The position numbers and the translations under genes are program-made. A stretch of 64,000 nucleotides of DNA, from the NCBI RefSeq assembly GCF_032116555.1, contig NZ_CP134949.1, positions 2,666,001 through 2,730,000 on the forward strand, in the 5' to 3' direction. The first letter of the stretch is position 1, and every line of letters begins with the position of its first letter. This document shows, one piece after another, positions 49,506 to 58,693 of the stretch. This DNA comes from Halorarum halobium (GTDB lineage: Archaea > Halobacteriota > Halobacteria > Halobacteriales > Haloferacaceae). The notes beneath the pieces were generated by a model that searched no databases, was not told the origin of the DNA, and was given only the letters and a program-made list of their open reading frames with translations.

Positions 49506-50441
49506 TCAGATTGACTCCGCCATTCCATTGAGTTCGCGAACCCGATTTCGAATCGTCACGGGGGTCACACCGGACGCTTCACCGAGGTCGGCCTGTGTAA
49601 CGCGTTCGGCCAGGTCGATCCCAGCGACGTACACACAGCCCGCAGCCACCCCGTTGGGATTTCGACCGTTCGCGATACCCGCATCGACCGCATCGCGGGC
49701 GAGTCGCTGTGCCAGGTGCTCTACCGCACTGGACGCACCGACCGCAGACGCGAGTCGCGCGACGAGTTCGGGCGGCTGGCGTGGCGCCGCATCAAGGCCG
49801 AGTTCCTCGTTCAACACGCGGTAGCCCAGCCGCACCTTTGACTCCCTACACCGCGCGACCTCCGCAATCTCTGCAAGCGTCCGAGTGATGCCGTCACAGC
49901 GACACGCCGCGTACAGACACCCCGCCGCGATGGTCTCGACCGACCGGCCGCGAATCAGGTCCGCACCCATCGCCTCGCGGTAGATCGCTGCCGCTCGCTC
50001 GGCGACCGATTTCGGCAGGTCGAGCGCGCCCGTCATCCGGGTGAGCTCGCCACAGGCGTGGGCGAGATTCTGGTCGGCCGTCGAGTCGAATCGTGCGCGA
50101 TTGTGCTCGCGACGCAGCCGGCCGACCTGGGCGCGTTTGCGACGCGAGAGGCCCTTGTTCGGGTCATCGCTTCCGAACCCAATCTCGGTCGAGAGGCCAC
50201 GGTCGTGTCTCGCCTCGGTCAACGGCGCGCCCGTCCGTTCCGGGGAGGTGTCCTCATCCGCGAACGAGCGCCATTCGGGCCCGTAATCGATCCGCTGGTC
50301 GGTGATGACGAGCCCACAGTCGGCACAGCTTCGCTCGCCGGCGTCCGCAATGATTCGACCATCGCATTCGGGACAGGTCGCCCGCAGGTGTTTGTCGGTC
50401 GATTCGTCGAACGTCCGCTCGTAGGGATCTCCCAGTGACAT
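49506..50441 (-). CDS. tfb: Transcription initiation factor IIB paralogue
   Basis: CPEC..CADCG, IDYGPEWRSF, RTGAP, HDRGLSTEIG, GRSVE, GRNPNGVAAG, TIRNR. Confidence 0.93.
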   Translation of the reverse strand: MSLGDPYERTFDESTDKHLRATCPECDGRIIADAGERSCADCGLVITDQRIDYGPEWRSFADEDTSPERTGAPLTEARHDRGLSTEIGFGSDDPNKGLSRRKRAQVGRLRREHNRARFDSTADQNLAHACGELTRMTGALDLPKSVAERAAAIYREAMGADLIRGRSVETIAAGCLYAACRCDGITRTLAEIAEVARCRESKVRLGYRVLNEELGLDAAPRQPPELVARLASAVGASSAVEHLAQRLARDAVDAGIANGRNPNGVAAGCVYVAGIDLAERVTQADLGEASGVTPVTIRNRVRELNGMAESI

Positions 50442-50467
50442 CGTCGATCATGCGAGGCACTTCAGGC

Positions 50468-50489
50468 AGCCCCGCACCCGTCAGGGGCT
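50468..50489. promoter_or_regulatory. Conserved leader hairpin, copy 2 (upstream of tfb)
   Basis: AGCCCC-GCACCC-GTCA-GGGGCT. Confidence 0.6.
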
Positions 50490-50508
50490 ATCAAACTCCA
50501 CGCGGTCG

Positions 50509-51009
50509 CTATCGGTCGGGGAGGGCTCGACGATTCGCGAGAACGCAGTTCCAGCAGGGAAAGTCGTCCGTCAATCCGTCGCACTCGCAAGGGAATTCCT
50601 CGTCGTCCCATTCGGCAGAATTGGAAGTCGACTCATCGTCAGGAGATGGGGTTGGCTGCTGAGGTTCATGAGCCAATTGGGGGTCCTCCTCGGCCGGTGC
50701 TCGTTGCGAAGTCCCTGAGCCGTCTGCTGCGAGCTGGGTGTGAATCGCCGCATCCAGAACTGGATCCCTGATCGCGACCGCGAGCCGGTGTTTGCACGCT
50801 CCGTTGTACTTCTGGTCAGCCGGACAGGTGCAGTGGGTAGGAAGGCCGTCGCTCACGGTGACCCGGTACTCGTGGTTCTCCGGGTCGGGATGGCTGCCGT
50901 TCCTGACGAGCAGGCCGTTGTCTATGAGCTGGAACTCGAACGCCTCGTACTGGGCGCGTTTCAGAGCGCGTGTCGATACATCTAGTCGTGAGAGTGGGTG
51001 TGCTGGCAT
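50509..51009 (-). CDS. SWIM zinc-finger protein
   Basis: HEYRV..CTCPA..ACKHRLAV SWIM motif; C-terminal CEC..PCWNC. Confidence 0.85.
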   Translation of the reverse strand: MPAHPLSRLDVSTRALKRAQYEAFEFQLIDNGLLVRNGSHPDPENHEYRVTVSDGLPTHCTCPADQKYNGACKHRLAVAIRDPVLDAAIHTQLAADGSGTSQRAPAEEDPQLAHEPQQPTPSPDDESTSNSAEWDDEEFPCECDGLTDDFPCWNCVLANRRALPDR

Positions 51010-51035
51010 CTCGGGATAGCGAGGGCAACTTCGTT

Positions 51036-51055
51036 GCCCCGCACCCTTCGGGGGT
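51036..51055. promoter_or_regulatory. Conserved leader hairpin, copy 3 (upstream of the SWIM gene)
   Basis: GCCCC-GCACCC-TTCG-GGGGT; overlaps a competing hairpin gggcaac-ttc-gttgccc (51023-51039). Confidence 0.6.
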
Positions 51056-51122
51056 GGATAGAATTCCTCACAGCACAGCCAGCCAAGAGTTCCAGATGTT
51101 CCGAATCAGAGAGAAGACCTAC

Positions 51123-51488
51123 TCAGGACAGATACTCACTGAGTGAGATGTTGCGAGACCGTGCACAGACGAGCTCGGCCAACGATGAAAATCCATTGAG
51201 GACCTCGAGTGCCGCCCAGTCGTAGTGGTCACTCGATTGTGTGATCACGGATACCGATTCATCCCGAATCACGAAAAGTACGACAATCGTCTGAACGTTC
51301 TTGCTCCGCCCTTGCCCACGGCGAGTCCCGTTGAGGTAGAACGTCTGCTCACGGTCCCAGAACAGGGTGCCATCGAGTGAGTGGAGTCGTTCACGGAGTT
51401 CACCCTCTCCGAAATATCGATCGACTTTCGATCGCGCCTCGATGGATATCGCGATGGTTGGTCTCTCGTACTGATCTTCGGGGGGCAT
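51123..51488 (-). CDS. Hypothetical protein or gene remnant
   Basis: Open frame from MPPEDQYERP; no recognised motif. Confidence 0.3.
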   Translation of the reverse strand: MPPEDQYERPTIAISIEARSKVDRYFGEGELRERLHSLDGTLFWDREQTFYLNGTRRGQGRSKNVQTIVVLFVIRDESVSVITQSSDHYDWAALEVLNGFSSLAELVCARSRNISLSEYLS

Positions 51489-51674
51489 CCGTAGGCGAGG
51501 ATGAATGTTGGCCGGACGTCGGACAAAATGTTTTCGAGCTATTGGATCATCCCCATCGCGAGAGATTGGATGTAGAATGTTCGGCCCTGATGAAACCGTA
51601 ATCAAGTGAGAGGTTCTGCCTCGTGGTGGTCAGATAGCCGAACGCTTTATCGGGTCAACCTTCTGTTAGTACGT

Positions 51675-51965
51675 ATGGCGGCGCTTCAACGGATGTTGTT
51701 TCGTGAGCCAGATGGACGACGGAAGGGCCTCTTCTTCGCACTCTTCTCGTTTGTTTGTATGCTTGGGTGGGTGTATTTCGGTATTGTCCTCGACGGCCCT
51801 CACAACATGCTCTTTTTAGGCATCGCGTTTGCGTTCTCTGGGTTAGCCGAATTTCTTCCTCCGAACCGACATCGTTCAGCAGGAGTACTACGGATACTTG
51901 GACTCGGTATCCTCGTTGTCTTTCTTGTTCTCCTCATATTGGTTCCAGAAGTAATATGGGGCTGA
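51675..51965 (+). CDS. Small 3-TM membrane protein
   Basis: ATG 51675; three hydrophobic helices. Confidence 0.6.
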   Translation: MAALQRMLFREPDGRRKGLFFALFSFVCMLGWVYFGIVLDGPHNMLFLGIAFAFSGLAEFLPPNRHRSAGVLRILGLGILVVFLVLLILVPEVIWG

Positions 51966-52086
51966 GCGCGAATTATTGGGTTCGACACATACGTAGATCC
52001 ACCTAACGGCTGTTTCTCTCTCGATTGCATCTGAAGAAGAGGGTTTTAACAGAGCCTGCCAAGAGGGAATAATCCTCCGTGGAAAG

Positions 52087-52350
52087 CTGTACGATCTCAC
52101 TGGCTTCCAACGTGATCTGCTCACGGTCACCGCAGGTATCGAGGAACCTCACGGTCTCACGATCAAAGACGACTCCGAATCAGAAATCCACCACGGACGT
52201 CTGTACCCCAATCTCGATACGCTGGTTGAGAAGGGGCTGCTTGAAAAAGAAGAGAAAGACCGCCGGACAAACGTCTATACAGTTACAAAAGGCGGTCAGC
52301 GAGAACTCGAAGCCCGATGTAAGTGGGAACGTCAGTACGTGGAACTATAA
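52087..52350 (+). pseudogene. Haloarchaeal PadR-family regulator with a lost start codon (CTG) and a probable short internal deletion
   Basis: Hand translation (L)YDLTGFQRDLL..EPHGLTIKDDSESEIHHGRLYPNLDTLVEKGLLEK..DRRTNVYTVT..WERQYVEL*; not in the ORF track. Confidence 0.75.
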
Positions 52351-52491
52351 CTCGTACCGAGCGATCTCACTACAACCGCACTCGGGACAGGACTCCCGTG
52401 CCGCATCTAAACTGGTCCCGCAAGATCGACACTCGAATAGTTCAGTTGTGTCAGTCAAGCTCTGAGAGAGCCGCTTTAGCACTCGAAACAT
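52345..52491 (-). CDS. 48-aa CxxCG...CPxCG zinc-finger micro-protein
   Basis: MFRVLKRL..FECRSCGTSLDAARESCPECGCSEIARYEL. Confidence 0.7.
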   Translation of the reverse strand: MFRVLKRLSQSLTDTTELFECRSCGTSLDAARESCPECGCSEIARYEL

Positions 52492-53378
52492 AGGAGGGTT
52501 ACCGTGGGTCGACGACATCCCGACACTCGGGACACTCAGCCCAGACGCCGCCTTCATACGCTATCAATGTATGACGAGCCAGTATCTCACAACCGCAGTG
52601 CGGGCAGTTACCGAGGTGCGGGTCTTGGGTACTCATATGAGTGGGAAGCGTGTGACGGAGGGACGCACTGCCCTCTGCTTCTCTCTAAGGGATGGGCCCA
52701 CATATATCTCAGTGAACCAAAGTGAAAGTGGGAGCAGCAGGTAGTCTACCTGACGAAACGGCTTCGGAATGAAGTCCCTTGATATTCGCCTCGACAGCCT
52801 GTGTCCACGATAGCTCCCCATGTCCTTGGCTCACGTTACCGTGTTCTAGTTTCACAACGCTATACAGTCACAATCCGGCAGATCGCGAGCCTCGCGGATC
52901 TGTCGCCAGGAACTGCGTATGATCTCGTCGAAGCGCTCTCTTCGATTCCCGATCTCGGTGCCGACGAGTCGATCCCGACGACGTACATACCGGCTGATTT
53001 CGACGAGGACGAAGGCGATCGTCCCGAAGAACACGCAGACGAGTAGACCGAATGACGAAGTATTCTCCACCCCCGTGATGGCGATCGGCGCGCTCTCCAC
53101 TGCTTCCACGCCAGCGATGACGAATTGAGGCCTGTCCAACGACATCCAGAGGGGAATCAGATACCCACGCTCGATGTACGGCCTTCACCGTCGCCGCTCT
53201 CGCCCAACAGGCCCCCACCGCGACCCACGTCGGAGCCGAAATCAGGATCGGCGTTGCCGGGACTGTGACGGCTCCGGAAACACGGCGAAGTGACGCGTTT
53301 GTCGAATCCAGTCGAAGTCACTCTACCCGGATATCTAGTAAGCCTTTTAACTATTACCGGATTATTGGTAACCACCAA

Positions 53379-54016
53379 ATGTACGAGGTGTTCGACGACA
53401 CGGCGGCGCAGATCATCCTCGCAATCGAGAGTGGTGACTCCATCCGTCGTGTCGCACAACACCTCCACACGCCGTACGAAACGGTGAGACAGGCCGTCAA
53501 TCGGCTCGAAGACGCGGGTTACGTTTCCTATGAAAACGGCCTCACTGTCGTCGACGAGCGCGTACGCGATGCAGCCCGCGAGCTCGTCGCTGCCAGCGCC
53601 GGCGTCAGTCCACCATCCATTGGGAAGCCTACGTCATCCCACAGTTCGGTGACTGGCCGTTCGCGTTCACGCGGATCGACGCCGTCTACGTGTGGACTCA
53701 GGGCGGCTACCAGGTCGGTCGCGAGCCCGACGACTATCCGCTGTTCCTCGCTGTTCGTGAGCAGGACGTCGACGCCTGGGAGACATTTTTCGAGTCGTTC
53801 GACCTCCCCACCGCATTCGAGCGACAGCCCCGAGACGAGTTGGACGGACCGCTGCAGGTCGTCCTCGAGCCACGCCCTTCACCCGACATCGAATACGTCG
53901 AGGGGTACCCGGTGATCCCGAGAGCAGAGACGATCGAGTACATGCGCGAGAACTACGCCCAGTTCCAGTCGGCGCTGGCGATGCTCGACCGGATGTACGA
54001 CGGTCTCGAGCTTTAG
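53379..54016 (+). pseudogene. Frameshifted HTH-domain protein (possible type IV/AbiEi-like antitoxin)
   Basis: MYEVFDDTAAQII..HTH..VSPPSI then a frame change near 53622 (att ggg aag cct) into AYVIPQFGDWPFAFTRIDAVYVWTQGGYQV...MLDRMY. Confidence 0.7.
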
Positions 54017-54026
54017 TCAGGGCAGA

Positions 54027-54338
54027 TTAGAAGTCTAAAGGGAGTTCCTCACTATCATTCGAGCGAAAGAGGAGATCGAATGCAGGATGCTTGTAGAGTA
54101 TCTCGCGGCAGTCACGGCACCGTGTGAATAGGGATCGGTCAGCATCCCAAAAATCAGAACGCATCACGACAGCAGAATCACGTGACCCGTAATGTCCGCC
54201 AGATGTTGAAAAATAGTTAAATTCACGTCCACCACACTCTGGACAGGGATCATTCATATTTCCCCAGTCTTCCCGCTTGACGCCGGAAATTGTCTGTTCG
54301 TTTCCGTATTGATCGATAACTCGTATCGAGAGTCTCAT
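54027..54338 (-). CDS. Small zinc-finger protein
   Basis: CPECGG...CRDC. Confidence 0.6.
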   Translation of the reverse strand: MRLSIRVIDQYGNEQTISGVKREDWGNMNDPCPECGGREFNYFSTSGGHYGSRDSAVVMRSDFWDADRSLFTRCRDCREILYKHPAFDLLFRSNDSEELPLDF

Positions 54339-54601
54339 TAATAATCGCCTCCGCTCATAGCGGGCGGAATAAAATGACCGTGTCAGTCAACCGTAACTAA
54401 CAGACGGACGTCTAAAGCAGAGTGCCGCTCCCGTAACGATCACCGTCTCGAGAAGGAATTCATCGGCTGATCGGCAGGGTCTTCGAGTATCTTAATTATT
54501 TCTTCTGATAAAGAACTATCGTATACCGAGAACGACAATCGATCTAACACAATCTGCCGACTGAGGAATACTGGTGCAGCGGGGGACCTATTCATATTCA
54601 T

Positions 54602-54958
54602 TCACCGATTTGGAGATATAATTCGAGCAATCACAATCAGGATTACATACTCCTCAATACGAGGAGTGACTATTACGACTTTCGCGCGGTCGTCGTAATC
54701 AATAATACCGTATTTGGCGAGTTTTGGCAGGTGGTTCTGAATCAACCCATTATATACTGATTCATAATCTTCGGTAGTGACCTCGCGTGGTGAAATTCCT
54801 TTTTCGACGCCTCCAATAACCCTAGCCAGGTGTCGGACTTCGATGTCCTGTTCGTACCCGAATAGGAATAAGTAATTTAATAGAAGGACCCGCCGTTTAT
54901 TTCCTAATATTCCAAGAACATTCGCAACGCTACTTGGGTAATGAACAGTAGACGTCAT
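54602..54958 (-). CDS. Haloarchaeal ArsR-like wHTH (DUF7344-type)
   Basis: LGNKRRVLLL, VYNGLIQNHLPKLAKYGIIDYD. Confidence 0.7.
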   Translation of the reverse strand: MTSTVHYPSSVANVLGILGNKRRVLLLNYLFLFGYEQDIEVRHLARVIGGVEKGISPREVTTEDYESVYNGLIQNHLPKLAKYGIIDYDDRAKVVIVTPRIEEYVILIVIARIISPNR

Positions 54959-55215
54959 ACCAGATTTCCTCGAATTCCATTCGGCGATACATACCGATTC
55001 TGACCATCGGATTTTTGCAGGTTGTCGGTTTGAGTGTACATGCTGTCTGTCTCAGGCAGCGCGGGTGCGGTGTCTCCAGCACCGCCCTCGTTTCTGAGGG
55101 ACCGCGCTTCATATCATCAACACACTCCCAGACCCTTAATTCTAACGTAGTAATTTACTCTGTTAGACAAGTGGGGAAGGATACGACTATACGAACTGAT
55201 GCGTATTTGCCACAC

Positions 55216-55458
55216 ATGACTAATGAGGAATATGCTCCGAGTGAAAACGAGGAAGAAATCCTGAAAGTTTTGAAGGAAGGGCAGGGTTCATCTCAACCCT
55301 GGGGACGAGTAAACCCATTATTTCTACGAGAACAGACCAATATAAACAAACAACAGGTGAATTATGCACTTAGGCAACTCATCGCTGCTGGGTGGGTAAC
55401 TAAGGTCACTGAGGGGCTTTATGAATTCGTTGACGATCCCCGAAATGGTAACGCCTAA
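55216..55458 (+). CDS. Small winged-helix repressor-like protein
   Basis: EEEILKVLKEG..GRVNPLFLREQT..KQQVNYALRQLIAAGWVTKVTEGLYEFVDDPR; ATG 55216. Confidence 0.7.
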   Translation: MTNEEYAPSENEEEILKVLKEGQGSSQPWGRVNPLFLREQTNINKQQVNYALRQLIAAGWVTKVTEGLYEFVDDPRNGNA

Positions 55459-55469
55459 ATTATTGATTA

Positions 55470-56627
55470 TCAGATCTTTCCTTCGGCCCAAGCAACTGTG
55501 ATTTTATTTTCCTGTGATTTTGCAGCATCATCGAGGATACGACTACACATAGATAGGACCTGTCGGATATTGCCCTGTGATGTTTGGAGAATCAAATCTA
55601 AGGCCTCCTCAGAGAATGGGTCTATCCCCTCATTTTCAGTAGAAGACACCCTCTCTTGATCTAAATAATCACGCACCAACTCATAGAGGTTCTCACTTGT
55701 GAGGGGTTTCAGGGCAACTTCTTCCCCAATTCGCTCACTGAACGCGTGGTACTCACTCATTACGTCTTGCCAGACCTCGGGAGCACAACCAAACAGCATG
55801 CATAGTCCCGAACTGTTCTGGTCCATCAAGTGCCGAATGCTGTTGAGTGTTGCCTGTTCGTCCTTAGGTGAGAGTCGTGCGATGCTCTCGAACTCGTCGA
55901 CGAAGACGAAAATACCGGTGTAGCCGAGTTCGAGGAGCATATTTTTGAGTGCGGTGAAGGCCCGAACACCCATCGTGTCGTCGTCGAGTGCGCTGTGGAT
56001 TTCCATCTCCTTCCGCTGCTCGTATCGAATCCCCTCTGCGGTGAGCCACTGCCACGCGTAGAGATTCGTGTCCTCGTACACCATGTGGATAATGGCACGC
56101 GCAAAGTCGGCGAACTTCGTCACATCGCTGAGGCGGCGAATCGACTCGGGGACAATTTCCGAGAGCAGCACATCGCCTTCGTCTATCAGCGATTCCATCC
56201 CACTGGCACCAATCGGGTTCGTGTCGGTGACATCTCTCGCCACAGATGCAAGGAACTCGTACGCGAGTTCTTGGAGTCGGTTGAAGCCCAGATCGTAGAC
56301 GAACTCGTGGTAGATGTCGAGGAATCCTTCACCAGGTTGGGCGACATAGCCCACGACGACGTCGTCGCGACCGCGGAGTAGCGAGCGCGTGTATTTGAGC
56401 GTATGAGACTTCCCATTTCCATACTTTCCGGTGACCACCAGATGCTTCGACTTCCCAGTAGACAACATCGACGAAACCGTGGAGCTGATCTTGTCCGAAA
56501 CGTGCTGCTGCCCACAGTAAATCTCGGGGTCTTCAGCTGGAACTGGACTGTATGGGAAGGGGTTCGCCTCTAGGTCGTACTGTGAGTAGTCTTGCTGTTC
56601 GTCGGTGATCGTGAATGCGTCGGACAT
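55470..56627 (-). CDS. AAA+/P-loop ATPase, BrxD/DUF2791-like
   Basis: YDLEANPF, Walker A GKYGNGKS, WQWL..LGYTGIFVFVDEFE (Walker B), lid PFSEEAL..GNIRQVL. Confidence 0.8.
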   Translation of the reverse strand: MSDAFTITDEQQDYSQYDLEANPFPYSPVPAEDPEIYCGQQHVSDKISSTVSSMLSTGKSKHLVVTGKYGNGKSHTLKYTRSLLRGRDDVVVGYVAQPGEGFLDIYHEFVYDLGFNRLQELAYEFLASVARDVTDTNPIGASGMESLIDEGDVLLSEIVPESIRRLSDVTKFADFARAIIHMVYEDTNLYAWQWLTAEGIRYEQRKEMEIHSALDDDTMGVRAFTALKNMLLELGYTGIFVFVDEFESIARLSPKDEQATLNSIRHLMDQNSSGLCMLFGCAPEVWQDVMSEYHAFSERIGEEVALKPLTSENLYELVRDYLDQERVSSTENEGIDPFSEEALDLILQTSQGNIRQVLSMCSRILDDAAKSQENKITVAWAEGKI

Positions 56628-57523
56628 TATGTAGCCTCCTGCGAGTATTCGATGTCGCGGTCATGCACCGCGAGGTAGTAGTATTTCTTATCGAACTGTT
56701 CAACGCCGGCCATGACCTGCTGAGTGGACTGAGATGTGCTAACTAAACCGTCCTCTTCGGAGAGCGCAATACGCTTGATGCCGAGTGCTGCATCCTTCGC
56801 AGCTGTATCCATCGGCGCTCCCGACAGCTCGAGTTTACCGACGTTCTGTCGGCAAAGCGAGAGCAGCGCTGCGTCGAAATCATCGCGAGTGCAGCCGAGT
56901 CGTTCACAGGTCTCCTCACGGAGACGTGGAATCGACAGGTAGCGCTGTCGGAGGTCAACACCTGCTCTCTCTTCAAGATCGTCGTGCACGTCCAAAAGCA
57001 GGTAGTGGAAGTTAGCGGATATCGCCGCCTGGTCTACCAAGTAGTAGTCACCTGTGAACGCGTTCCGTTGGACTCGGCCCAACCGCTCAGCCCAATCCCC
57101 GAGGACCTCCACACTCGTTTGGTTATACGAATATGGGCTGAACTCTTGTGCCTCTTCCAATTGAGTCAGGAGTGTGTCTAAACCAGCGTTTTCGACGTTT
57201 TCGAGAACCTCGATGAGTGTCCCGTAGTGGGGACTACGTGTCTCTAAGATTGTACTTACTTGACTCCAGTCCTCGTCGCGAATTGCACTAAGGAAGGACA
57301 AACCGACATCAGTCGTCGTATAGACTGGTTCCTCGCCAGAGTCATTTTCGTCGAGCAAGGAGATACGCTTTGCTTCGAGGATTGTTTCACGCGCACGGCG
57401 GTGACTTACCTCCAATTCGTCCTCAAGATCTTCAGTTGACTTGCTAACTGCTTCACAGGCATGAGTCAGTTCAGCCAACCGGCTGAGAGTGACTGGTCTT
57501 ACAGTTGGTCTCTCATCGCTCAT
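56627..57523 (-). CDS. Uncharacterised protein, probably tandem winged-helix domains
   Basis: STEDLEDELEVSHRRARETILEAKRISLL..YTTTDVG and LSIPRLREETCERLG..FDAALLSL patterns; overlaps both neighbours. Confidence 0.65.
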   Translation of the reverse strand: MSDERPTVRPVTLSRLAELTHACEAVSKSTEDLEDELEVSHRRARETILEAKRISLLDENDSGEEPVYTTTDVGLSFLSAIRDEDWSQVSTILETRSPHYGTLIEVLENVENAGLDTLLTQLEEAQEFSPYSYNQTSVEVLGDWAERLGRVQRNAFTGDYYLVDQAAISANFHYLLLDVHDDLEERAGVDLRQRYLSIPRLREETCERLGCTRDDFDAALLSLCRQNVGKLELSGAPMDTAAKDAALGIKRIALSEEDGLVSTSQSTQQVMAGVEQFDKKYYYLAVHDRDIEYSQEAT

Positions 57524-58554
57524 GTGAGCCTCCTCATCTGTTGCTTCGCGGTTTCGTATGCCCGCTTAGTGACCTCGTTCCCGCTGAAGCGCAAGTCGAG
57601 GTACTCCTCAATATCTCGACCAGACTCGGCGACATAACGGAAGCGTCGCAGTTCGGTCGCAAGTGCCCAGAGATTATGCTGGGTCAGGGCAGTTCGGTCT
57701 TCGCGAATCTCGTCGAGTTCTTTTTGTCCACACACTGGGCAGGGACAGGGGAGCCTGTCTAATTCCTCGATATTCCGTATTTCTTCCCCGCCGAAGCCCG
57801 GAATCAGGTAGTTCCGGTTGCCTGCACTACGAATGAAGGCCGAAGAGTCGAAACTGTCGACCCCCAAGTAAAGCAGCAGTGGTTGATAGACGAGACCTCC
57901 GAGACCATACACGTGCAGGTGCTTGTCTGTCGCGTTTCGTGCAGATAGTATCAGTTTTGTTATTTTTTTATAATCGGTTCGTATAGGAACCATACTTCCG
58001 AGGGCATACCCATCGAATTCGCCGTTCTTCTCCAGGTATTGTATGTTATTCCGGATCGTCTCTGGATCGTAACCATGGACACTCGCGAAGAGAAGGCCCA
58101 CCCCATCGTGATGGTCGCTCGCTTTGAGTGCGTACTCGATGCTTTGGTCGATTCGCCGTTGGTTTTCTGCTGCCCGGTTCTCCCTTGAGAGAGGAATGTC
58201 GACTGTACCGAGGATGTCCGCGTCCAATTGACTCTGGGTATCAAGCGTTTTTGCTGGGGTAGTGTCCACTTCTTCGTTGGCGAAATCGAACCCACCACTA
58301 TCCGCGAAAACGATGGTGTCCTCGGGGACGTCCATTTCTTCTCGTAATGTTACACCATTCGATATTCTCTGCCACATTGGGTCCCGGTTGCGGATCGATC
58401 TCGCGTTGATCATCGCTGCCGAGAACTCTGGGATCGTGCCGACGTACGTCGGTGTATTGTCACTCGACCGCTTCCCGATGTTTCTGACGGGAAAGAGAAC
58501 AGGGGTGTCTAATTCTCCTCGCGGGAGGTCGAGTTTCCTGCGTCGATACAACAT
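57520..58554 (-). CDS. TGT-family (guanine transglycosylase) catalytic barrel with no PUA/tRNA-binding domains
   Basis: LDTPVLFPV, ADSGGF, TVDIP, SVHG, ALGSMVP, HLHVYGLG, GVDSFDSS, Zn site CPCPVC..HN. Confidence 0.88.
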   Translation of the reverse strand: MLYRRRKLDLPRGELDTPVLFPVRNIGKRSSDNTPTYVGTIPEFSAAMINARSIRNRDPMWQRISNGVTLREEMDVPEDTIVFADSGGFDFANEEVDTTPAKTLDTQSQLDADILGTVDIPLSRENRAAENQRRIDQSIEYALKASDHHDGVGLLFASVHGYDPETIRNNIQYLEKNGEFDGYALGSMVPIRTDYKKITKLILSARNATDKHLHVYGLGGLVYQPLLLYLGVDSFDSSAFIRSAGNRNYLIPGFGGEEIRNIEELDRLPCPCPVCGQKELDEIREDRTALTQHNLWALATELRRFRYVAESGRDIEEYLDLRFSGNEVTKRAYETAKQQMRRLT

Positions 58555-58693
58555 GCCTCCCGCTCGGATAAGCTGTCCTCTTATTTAGTGAATGGGGCGA
58601 TATGAACTATTCAGATGATTGGGGTTTGTCCTAGAACAGGAGATCAATTCTTAGGAGCGGGAGAACGCTATGATGCCATCTGGCAGTGGAGGA

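Noticed and set aside
53325..53372. Similarity of ccggattattggta to ccgggtattatggta at about 36848 as a shared operator
   Set aside because: Short, gapped match in AT-rich promoter DNA that could be chance
55470..57523. Complete BREX system
   Set aside because: Only a BrxD-like ATPase is present; no pglX, pglZ, brxC or brxHI in the window
49054..58554. Type IV CBASS (CD-NTase with TGT and QueC)
   Set aside because: The only nucleotidyltransferase is about 128 aa, 8 kb away and too small for a CD-NTase; the DpdA motifs point to DNA modification
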